Assembly (NCBI GenBank): GCA_038228545.1
Contig: JBBRPE010000002.1
Location: forward strand, 22,426 to 86,425
Source: Minisyncoccia bacterium
GTDB taxonomy: Bacteria; Patescibacteriota; Minisyncoccia; Phycocordibacterales; Phycocordibacteraceae
Length of the DNA stretch: 64,000 nucleotides
Reading direction: 5' to 3'
Part shown: piece after piece, positions 29,910 through 36,394 of the stretch
Position numbering within the stretch: position 1 is the first letter of the stretch
How the letters are laid out: each line of letters begins with the position of its first letter
Translations under genes and position numbers: made by a program
Notes under the pieces: generated by a model
What the model was told of the DNA's origin: nothing
The model's input: the letters and a program-made list of their open reading frames with translations, nothing else
Database searches by the model: none

Positions 29910-30311
29910 CTAGGCCGCAGCGATGAATCGCGTTACCGCGATGACGTGACCATCCTTATCTCGAATGGATCCGTCCATCGGCCCCGTTCCCGGAGCGATG
30001 ACATCGGGGCGTCCCGACACGTGTCCGAGCACAAGGCTCGAAACAATGAAGAACGTATCCGGGATGGGCTCCGGAAGGTTCTCCACCACCCCCCAGACGG
30101 GCGACGCGTGAATCGGGATGCCGCCGTGTTCGGCACAGCCAGTGGCGATTTGCTCGCCAGGAGTGCTTGAGACTCGGACCACCGTCCCGCAGGGCGGGAC
30201 GGTGACATCTTCATTATCCAGCTTGCGGAACGTGATCGGATGCGGAGTGAGATTGCGCCAGTAGCTCATATTCAGTACCCCTTGTGCTTTTTGAGTCCAC
30301 GAACCATTCAT
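29910..30311 (-). CDS. Phage-type hypothetical protein (NLTPH...LPEP...IVS...RxD family)
   Basis: NLTPHPITF, VENLPEP, FIVSSLV, RPDVIAP, RDKDG motifs; ATGA coupling at 30311, alternative start 30269. Confidence 0.75.
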   Translation of the reverse strand: MNGSWTQKAQGVLNMSYWRNLTPHPITFRKLDNEDVTVPPCGTVVRVSSTPGEQIATGCAEHGGIPIHASPVWGVVENLPEPIPDTFFIVSSLVLGHVSGRPDVIAPGTGPMDGSIRDKDGHVIAVTRFIAAA

Positions 30312-30604
30312 GGACTCAATGAAGCGGTGGACTTGAGAGGTCCACCGGAGGTGCCGGCCTTTTTGAGGCCGGCCTCCTGGAACTTTTCAGCCCAGAAGTT
30401 TTGCGCGTCACGTTCGCGACGCTCTTTGGCCCACTGCTCGCGCAGAGCCGGCGAGGGGTAAACCTTGGCGGTCACTCCTTCCGGCGCCTGCTCGCAGACG
30501 CGGGTACCGCACGGCTTGTGAGTCGTGAAGTGGTTGCTCCCGACCTGGAGCATCCATTGCGCGCCTGCGCGACGGCAGACGGTGCAGGTAATGATGTCGG
30601 TCAT
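30308..30604 (-). CDS. Small protein with putative zinc site (CxxC...HxxC)
   Basis: MTDIITCTVC...HKPC; GAAGGA RBS directly after hairpin repeat 3. Confidence 0.7.
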   Translation of the reverse strand: MTDIITCTVCRRAGAQWMLQVGSNHFTTHKPCGTRVCEQAPEGVTAKVYPSPALREQWAKERRERDAQNFWAEKFQEAGLKKAGTSGGPLKSTASLSP

Positions 30605-30621
30605 GAGAGTTTCCTTCTCTA

Positions 30622-30652
30622 TCAGCCAAGGAACCATTTCCCGGGCTGAATA
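30622..30652 (-). repeat. Conserved hairpin repeat, copy 3
   Basis: 31/31 identical to 29295-29325. Confidence 0.9.
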
Positions 30653-30779
30653 AAGGAGCTGACGTATTTGTCAGCTCTTGGTGCGAATTTGTGGCAATCG
30701 CGGCCTCCCTGCTTTTTCGCTCTAAGGAAATTGTGAGCAACCTGTGGAATGACCCCGCCACAGGACAAGGGGTGAATGG

Positions 30780-30947
30780 CTACACGCGCCAGCCGGGCTT
30801 ACCGCCGGAGGGCGTGGAGATCAGGCGGGCTTCAAACCCGCACTGACCCCCATCAACCTCCCGGCGCAAGCGGCCGGCGGGCGTGTAGCCCTTGCTCTGG
30901 AGGAGCAAGGTTGCGGCCTTCACCAGCTCGCGTTGACGGTCGGTCAT
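30780..30947 (-). CDS. Small hypothetical protein, 55 aa
   Basis: GGGAG RBS; MTDRQRELVKAATLLLQSKGYTPAG... Confidence 0.6.
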   Translation of the reverse strand: MTDRQRELVKAATLLLQSKGYTPAGRLRREVDGGQCGFEARLISTPSGGKPGWRV

Positions 30948-31341
30948 GACGTTTCTCCCAAAGCCCGGGATGGGCTCTTTTTTGATTCTTAAAGAACTGT
31001 CTGGAAACGTACGAGGTGCGCACCCTCGCTTACCCGTTTCCTTGTATGCACTCGTCCTGGTTTTACCGAACTTCGTCAAAACTTGACGTAAGTACCAGAT
31101 ACGATGCACATGGCGCGACGGACACCACCCCTCTTCCCCATCGGGGACTGGCCCGAGAGCAGGCTTCATTTTTTGGGAATTGCTTTCGCAATCCCTCTCC
31201 CAAGCGGAAACGGGCCGCAGGTACGGCATTAAGTGCGCCGGATGAATCCTGCTGAGTCCCCTTCCCGTTCAGGGAGGAATCACGAATTAACTTTTCACTA
31301 TGGAAATCTTTCAATGACCCTTGCCGTCAATGACGACTGAC
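30948..31341 (-). ncRNA. Candidate long structured leader or ncRNA
   Basis: Nested and serial stems with a GAAA tetraloop and two boxA-like motifs, downstream of a TTGACA promoter. Confidence 0.55.
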
Positions 31342-31347
31342 AAAAGC

Positions 31348-31376
31348 TGTATACACCCGTTCTCTTTTTTTGTCAA
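31348..31376 (-). promoter_or_regulatory. sigma70 promoter for the small-ORF island
   Basis: TTGACA-17 nt-TATACA. Confidence 0.6.
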
Positions 31377-31489
31377 GACATTCTGACTTATTTAGTCAAT
31401 TTATAACAAAAATGCCTATAAAATAGGCTATTTTACTAGTATTAAACGACATTATCAGCTGACTAAATTTGAATTCGTGACAATAAACA

Positions 31490-31518
31490 TTGACAAATCT
31501 TTCTGACTTTGCTACGAT
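31490..31518 (+). promoter_or_regulatory. sigma70 promoter, divergent
   Basis: TTGACA-17 nt-TACGAT with TG extended -10. Confidence 0.7.
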
Positions 31519-31524
31519 ATGACG

Positions 31525-31777
31525 GTCTGGCTAGCCCCTTTGGGACTGCCTAATTCATTGGAGGAATCCATGAGAATGCGGCTTCATTGAGGTCGTCAGT
31601 CGGACGACCGCCCGGGTGTAACCGGGCAAAAAAGTAGGAAAGGTCATTCATGACCAGAATTTTCTCTCCAGGCGACGGCGAGTAGCCGACCGAAGTGCCT
31701 GTCTTGCGACGTAAGATGACGTCGCGACGAAGCAACCAGTACCGGGGCCGGGGACACAACGTCTCCGGCCCTTTTTT
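31525..31777 (+). ncRNA. Candidate ~250-nt multi-hairpin small RNA
   Basis: Bounded by a consensus promoter and a GC stem + T6 terminator; at least six hairpins; only micro-ORFs follow RBS-like sites. Confidence 0.55.
31745..31777 (+). terminator. Rho-independent terminator
   Basis: GGGCCGGGGAC-ACAAC-GTCTCCGGCCC-TTTTTT. Confidence 0.8.
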
Positions 31778-32537
31778 ACGCCTCTTTTTTCTTAGGCTCT
31801 TCGGAGTTGAGCCACAAGAAGTCAAAAATACTTCGCATATTCTCGGCTATCTCCTCACTTTCTATAATGACGCCGAATGGTTCATTACTGTATGAACGAA
31901 TTACCGTTTTGTTATCGAAAATCGACAAATCGATGCTTAGAGCGAGCACATCCGGCGCGATGAATCGTCGTTCGGTGAGAGCATCGAACTCAACTCGCTC
32001 GAAATGAGGTTTATGGAGTTGGATACCTTTTGAATACACACCCTTACCCCTCCGTCGCTCCGAGTATTCATCGAGCTCTTTTTCTGAAAAAAGATTTGCG
32101 AGATGCTCGTATGAAAAGATGGTGTAAATTTTCTTAGACTTGGTCATGAGGGCCTCCTCCCTTGTCGCTGACACACCCTCCTTTCCCGGAAAAAAACGAA
32201 CAACGGGACGTTCTCCTGCCCCTTCAAACTGAAGGAGTAGCGCTGGAAGCAAAGTTTGCAACAAACTCTCATTCGTTCGTAAATTTTCTTTTTGCTTTTC
32301 GAGTACTCGCTTAAGAGCCTCCGGGGACTCCGGCGCGAAATACGTTTTCTTCCCCTCCTCATACGTACTCATCAGTCCTTTTTCCATAAGGGACTTTATC
32401 TGTACGTACGTCGTGGGACGTACTATCTTCGCGTGTTTAGCGAGCTGGTCGGCGGTCGCGCGACCGATTTCAATTGATGCAAGATACACTCGGGCCTCTT
32501 TTTCAGATAGACCAAAATCCTGAAGTTCTTTTAGCAT
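31776..32537 (-). CDS. TrmB-family transcriptional regulator
   Basis: FGLSEKEARVYLA...RPTTY..IKSLMEKGL wHTH plus C-terminal sensor domain. Confidence 0.9.
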   Translation of the reverse strand: MLKELQDFGLSEKEARVYLASIEIGRATADQLAKHAKIVRPTTYVQIKSLMEKGLMSTYEEGKKTYFAPESPEALKRVLEKQKENLRTNESLLQTLLPALLLQFEGAGERPVVRFFPGKEGVSATREEALMTKSKKIYTIFSYEHLANLFSEKELDEYSERRRGKGVYSKGIQLHKPHFERVEFDALTERRFIAPDVLALSIDLSIFDNKTVIRSYSNEPFGVIIESEEIAENMRSIFDFLWLNSEEPKKKEA

Positions 32538-32557
32538 GTACACAGAATAGCATTCGG

Positions 32558-32690
32558 TGGTGCGGGATAGGAGAAGTGTCCAGCGAAGACGCAGGCACGC
32601 ATCGGTCACAGATATTTTCCTGCTGGAAAATTCCGCGACCCCGCCTCAGCGCCGACGCGCTTCCGGCTTCCGATTCTCCTATCCCAGCCA
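32558..32690 (-). repeat. tRNA-Gly(TCC)-linked palindromic element
   Basis: Inverted copies of the tRNA 3' end flank a ~95 bp core shared with the element at 35943-36109. Confidence 0.8.
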
Positions 32691-32715
32691 TTACACACGC
32701 TTCGCGTGTTACATG

Positions 32716-32786
32716 TGCGGGATAGGAGAATCGGACTCCTGCTCTCAGTTTGGAAAACTGATGTTCTACCATTAAACTAATCCCGC
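32716..32786 (-). tRNA. tRNA-Gly(TCC)
   Basis: GCGGGAT acceptor, anticodon arm TCAGT-TTTCCAA-ACTGA, T arm GGAG-TCCGATT-CTCC. Confidence 0.93.
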
Positions 32787-32854
32787 TGTAGGCCAGAGAA
32801 TACCATATCTTGGCCCTCTCTGTCTTTTTTCGAGCTTCACGGTAGCATTGCCGT

Positions 32855-34072
32855 ATGCGCGAGCACATTGAACATCTCCTGGCCGCCCTCGGTGCCGTCG
32901 GCTTCGCACTTTTCGTTTCCTATTTCAATACGGGCCCCGTACACGTCGCTCCCCTTGAGCGTACGACGCCAACACTAGTGCCTATTTCGCCTGGTGCAGC
33001 AACATACGCGGTGAACACATTCCCATCACTCGCTCTTTCCACATCAACGATTGACCAGATGTTTCCGTCTGGTACTTCTGCACCGAGCGAAAAGAAAACC
33101 AAAACGCCAGCACCGGTAGCTACTCCGGCACCTGTCCCTGTAAAACCTGCCGCTCCGGTGGTTAGCGTAAAACCTAAGCCTGTTCCTAGTGTTGCCACAC
33201 CTACGGTCGCTACGACGACCACTCCCCCAGTAACCTCACCAGTCCTATCCGGACTCGGTAGTGCAGTGGTCAATATTCTATGTACGTCTCGAACAGGAAC
33301 GACACAAGGTCTGTCTGGCTCAGGTACAATCATCGACTCACGCGGCGTAATACTCACTGTTGCTCACGTCGCGCAAGCAGAGCTCCTTGAGCAGGCGTAC
33401 GGACCGGAAACGATGTCGTGTGTTGTTCGTACGGGAAGTCCGGCACACACCGCATACAAAGCAAAAGTTATGTACCTTTCAGAAAATTGGCTAAGAAATA
33501 ATTCAACGACACTGATTAGCTCACACCCGACAGGAAACGGTTCAGATGATTTTGCCCTTCTGGCGATTACTGCATCGGCAACAGGTAGGCCACTCCCTTC
33601 TTCCTTTCCTTCAGTCCCACTTGCAAACATCGTGCCAAACGCCGGTAACACCGTTCAAATTGCTGGCTACGGCGCTGAGCACCTTACCAATACACAAGTG
33701 TTTACATCGCTCACACAAACTCTTATCCAGGGCGCTGTGTCCAAAGTACACAGCTTCCGCGGCGGGACGGCAGACGCACTCTCAGTTGATGGCGGGGACT
33801 CGGCACAGGAAGGTGCGTCCGGAGGCGCAGTAGCAACTTCAAACGGCGCGCTCACCGGCGTAATTACCGGAAGCGAAATTACGAGTACCAGCAGTACCCC
33901 GCTCGTATGGGCTATAACTGTTGACTACATTCGCCGTACGTTCACCGATGCTACGGGTAAAGATTTTGATTCATTCTACCAAGGAAGCATTCCTGACCTC
34001 GTGAATAGTTACGCACCAACCGCTCAGACGCTGGGCACATTCCTCGGTAAAGCTATTGGGCTACAGAGTTAA
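32855..34072 (+). CDS. Membrane-anchored trypsin-like serine protease with Pro/Thr linker
   Basis: Catalytic triad motifs LTVAHV, DDFALL, GASGG. Confidence 0.82.
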   Translation: MREHIEHLLAALGAVGFALFVSYFNTGPVHVAPLERTTPTLVPISPGAATYAVNTFPSLALSTSTIDQMFPSGTSAPSEKKTKTPAPVATPAPVPVKPAAPVVSVKPKPVPSVATPTVATTTTPPVTSPVLSGLGSAVVNILCTSRTGTTQGLSGSGTIIDSRGVILTVAHVAQAELLEQAYGPETMSCVVRTGSPAHTAYKAKVMYLSENWLRNNSTTLISSHPTGNGSDDFALLAITASATGRPLPSSFPSVPLANIVPNAGNTVQIAGYGAEHLTNTQVFTSLTQTLIQGAVSKVHSFRGGTADALSVDGGDSAQEGASGGAVATSNGALTGVITGSEITSTSSTPLVWAITVDYIRRTFTDATGKDFDSFYQGSIPDLVNSYAPTAQTLGTFLGKAIGLQS

Positions 34073-34834
34073 CTCGGCTGCAATCAAGCAATGGTCTGAG
34101 CCATGTCGCTCGGTCTCGACTGAAACACCTTCCACGACAACATCAGCGGACACCAAGATGTGATCGAGTTGGGAACGCGAGAACGGATGTGTTGTAAGCG
34201 AACGGAGCGGATTCTTCATACCGGCCTCGGCAAACTTTTCCTCGATAATATCTCGCTCGGGATACCAAGGCATCGCTTCGGTAAGCGTAGAGCCGAGTAG
34301 CCAATTCAGAACCTTAAGCGGCGGGTATTCAATAATATTAAAATCTCCGCATACAACTGAAGGTACGCCCGGCTGCATGTGCCCCACGACTGCATCGAAT
34401 TCTTTCTGTCTGTTCCCGGGCCCCCACAGCGTGAAGTGAACTGAGAAAATGCGCACGACTTCAGTTCCTCTTCGTATATCTGCGTACACGGCACCGCGTT
34501 CAGTAACGAATGACCACTTGAAAAGAGACATGAACGTTACGAATGCACGAGTATGCGCAGGAAACGGAAAATCGAGAAACTGAAGCGTGCCGGTATGTTC
34601 AAATGGAATCTTCGAAAGTAATGCAACGTAGTTATATTCGCTTCTGCCTTTTCCAAAAAGTCTGAGGACATCAACATGATACGTAAGATGAAACGGCATC
34701 TTCTTAAGTTCTTCGAGAAGCGCAGGTGTTACCTCCTGAAGACACAACACGTCAAAATCTGCCTCGCGAATATACTTCGCAACCTGCGACATCTTCTTAT
34801 TGAAACAGTACACGTTCCAAGACTTGATAATCAT
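34061..34834 (-). CDS. Endonuclease/exonuclease/phosphatase family protein
   Basis: SWNV, LCLQEV, GDFN, LDHI, GSDH. Confidence 0.9.
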   Translation of the reverse strand: MIIKSWNVYCFNKKMSQVAKYIREADFDVLCLQEVTPALLEELKKMPFHLTYHVDVLRLFGKGRSEYNYVALLSKIPFEHTGTLQFLDFPFPAHTRAFVTFMSLFKWSFVTERGAVYADIRRGTEVVRIFSVHFTLWGPGNRQKEFDAVVGHMQPGVPSVVCGDFNIIEYPPLKVLNWLLGSTLTEAMPWYPERDIIEEKFAEAGMKNPLRSLTTHPFSRSQLDHILVSADVVVEGVSVETERHGSDHCLIAAELTL

Positions 34835-34917
34835 TTCGGAAGTATACGGGTCGATGATGAAGACTTGAAATACGACACTTAGTTAGAAGCCCCATCGTCC
34901 GGATGGCTCCTATTTTT

Positions 34918-35078
34918 TGCAAATCATTGTCGGGGTGCGCGCCATTGTTTCGTTGCGAGTGTAACGAGTTAGGAAACAACTAGTGCCTTAGGGGTGGAGA
35001 TTGAACTCCGTCATCCGGATGTCTCCCAGACATCCGATTACATGCTGATTCTTTTCTGCAAATCATTGTCGGGGTGCG
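34918..35078 (-). repeat. Stacked degenerate copies of the tRNA-Pro 3' end
   Basis: 22-bp direct repeat TGCAAATCATTGTCGGGGTGCG at 34918 and 35057; T-arm remnant GAGATTGAACTCCGTCATC near 34997. Confidence 0.75.
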
Positions 35079-35224
35079 GAGAAGCTTCGCGCATTGGTCA
35101 CGCATCACTAAGTCGTTTCGCTCCTAAGTAGCGCGACCCCGTCTCGCCGTTTTCGGGAGGACCCGAAAACATGCTCCGGCTTTCAATTCTCCGGAGCAGG
35201 CCAGAGCAGTCTGGCCTGCTCACC
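35069..35224 (-). repeat. tRNA-Pro-linked palindromic element
   Basis: Same core motifs (CGCATTGGTCAC, CGCGACCCCGTCTC, CCGGCTT) between inverted tRNA-Pro 3' ends. Confidence 0.72.
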
Positions 35225-35251
35225 ACTCCTTCACTCACTTCGTTCATTCAG

Positions 35252-35322
35252 TCGGGGTGCGGAGAATTGAACTCCGTCATCTACTTCCCAAAAGTAGCGT
35301 ACTACCGGTATACGACACCCCG
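35252..35322 (-). tRNA. tRNA-Pro(TGG)
   Basis: CGGGGTG acceptor, anticodon arm CTACT-TTTGGGA-AGTAG, T loop TTCAATT. Confidence 0.92.
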
Positions 35323-35376
35323 TTACGTCTTGTGGGCGTTCCTTGCGGAAACGCCCGTCAGAGCATCCTAGCAGAT

Positions 35377-35772
35377 TTATAGAATTTGGGGGAGATAGCG
35401 TACTCGGGCCTTCCCATCCCTCGTTCGTAGCCACACCAGGACCGCATCCACCTGCCACTCCCCTTCCCAGTCTGTGTTGGCCACATACCACTCGCTTGTA
35501 CGAGCCACTCGCCTAATCTTCGCCTCATGAAGGTTTACAGACGGGTCATAGCGGTCGTTGTTGTCAGCGTCATCAGGAAACTGCACGCAAAGTATTGATT
35601 TAACCTCGACGAAATGAAGGCAATCTCGTTTTCGAGCGACAATATCAATCTCACCCGTCTTACGTGCGACATTCTTCGCGACTATTTTCATTCCCTGTCG
35701 TCGCAGGTATTCGGCAGCAACTTTTTCGCCTAGATTTCCGATGTCCTTTGTTGAAAAAAGGGAGAGGTCCAC
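35377..35772 (-). CDS. yraN: YraN family (UPF0102) nuclease
   Basis: GNLGEKVAAEYL, GEIDIVA, FVEVK. Confidence 0.9.
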   Translation of the reverse strand: MDLSLFSTKDIGNLGEKVAAEYLRRQGMKIVAKNVARKTGEIDIVARKRDCLHFVEVKSILCVQFPDDADNNDRYDPSVNLHEAKIRRVARTSEWYVANTDWEGEWQVDAVLVWLRTRDGKARVRYLPQIL

Positions 35773-35942
35773 GGCTTTAAAGTATAGCTCCGAAATACAC
35801 TCTTTCTCACCGACATTAATGAAAACTACCTAAAGGTCGCCTGTCCTTTATCCCCAGTGTTAACAGGTTTGTCCACTGTTTGAAAATACAAAATGGCCTA
35901 GATACAACGTTTTGTATTTTCACTTTTCTGCATGAGTGTATA

Positions 35943-36109
35943 GGTGCGGATGGGGAGAATGGAGGGGAGAAGTGTCCTGAGATTATTCAGGCACGCATCG
36001 GTCACAGATATTTCCCTGCTGGGAAATTCCGCGACCCCGCCTCGGCGCCGTCGCGCTTGCGGCTTCCGATTATCCACGCACGGCGTCCCACGCCGTGCTC
36101 TATCCGCCC
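35943..36109 (-). repeat. tRNA-Gly(GCC)-linked palindromic element
   Basis: Core nearly identical to 32570-32675; flanks match this tRNA's own 3' end. Confidence 0.8.
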
Positions 36110-36154
36110 GTCGACAATGCAAAAACGCCCCAGAGGGGCGTTTTTGCTCGACGG

Positions 36155-36225
36155 TGCGGATAGGGAGAATCGGACTCCCGCCTCGTCCTTGGCAAGGACG
36201 CGTTCTACCACTAAACCATATCCGC
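36155..36225 (-). tRNA. tRNA-Gly(GCC)
   Basis: GCGGATA acceptor, anticodon arm CGTCC-TTGCCAA-GGACG. Confidence 0.93.
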
Positions 36226-36266
36226 TTCGCGAGGCATCATAGCATACGCCTCGCTACTCTAACCAG

Positions 36267-36338
36267 TGCCTCCGCCAGGATTCGAACCTGGAACGACAGT
36301 TTCGAAGACTGTTGTGATATCCATTTCACTACAGAGGC
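36267..36338 (-). tRNA. tRNA-Arg(TCG)
   Basis: GCCTCTG acceptor, anticodon arm ACAGT-CTTCGAA-ACTGT, GGTTCGAATCC T arm. Confidence 0.93.
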
Positions 36339-36394
36339 AATACCGAAATACTACGCGAGACCTCAGAGAAAGGCTACGTGGTAGTATTTTCTCG

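Noticed and set aside
29295-30652. 31-bp repeats as a CRISPR array
   Set aside because: Periods are 515 and 812 bp and contain whole genes; no cas genes nearby.
29295-30652. Repeats as integron attC sites
   Set aside because: Too short, no RYYYAAC/GTTRRRY ends, and the recombinase at 39142 looks Xer-like without an evident IntI insertion.
29285-30947. TAG recoding in the island (three ORFs end in TAG with open frames beyond)
   Set aside because: The NLTPH-family ORF ends where I recall the family ending, and readthrough at 30780 would overlap the next gene by ~200 nt; no suppressor tRNA in the window.
30948-31777. RNase P RNA, tmRNA, SRP or 6S as the identity of the two structured RNAs
   Set aside because: No GAGGAAAGUCC, no tRNA-like GGGG...UCCACCA ends, no SRP GGAAG-CAGC loop and no single long rod.
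31063-31825. ORFs 31063-31314, 31550-31825 and the N-terminal extension 30948-31229
   Set aside because: No convincing RBS or protein-like features; they overlap stems, a terminator or trmB.
32558-32690. Element as an intron-containing second tRNA
   Set aside because: No D arm or anticodon arm; only sense and antisense copies of the 3' end.
32474-32868. ORFs across tRNA-Gly and its linked element (similar ones at 35880-36384)
   Set aside because: They translate tRNA and repeat sequence, which also explains their mutual similarity.
35845-35880. DnaA-box-like TTATCCCCA and TTGTCCACT as oriC
   Set aside because: Only two degenerate boxes and no clear unwinding element; insufficient evidence.
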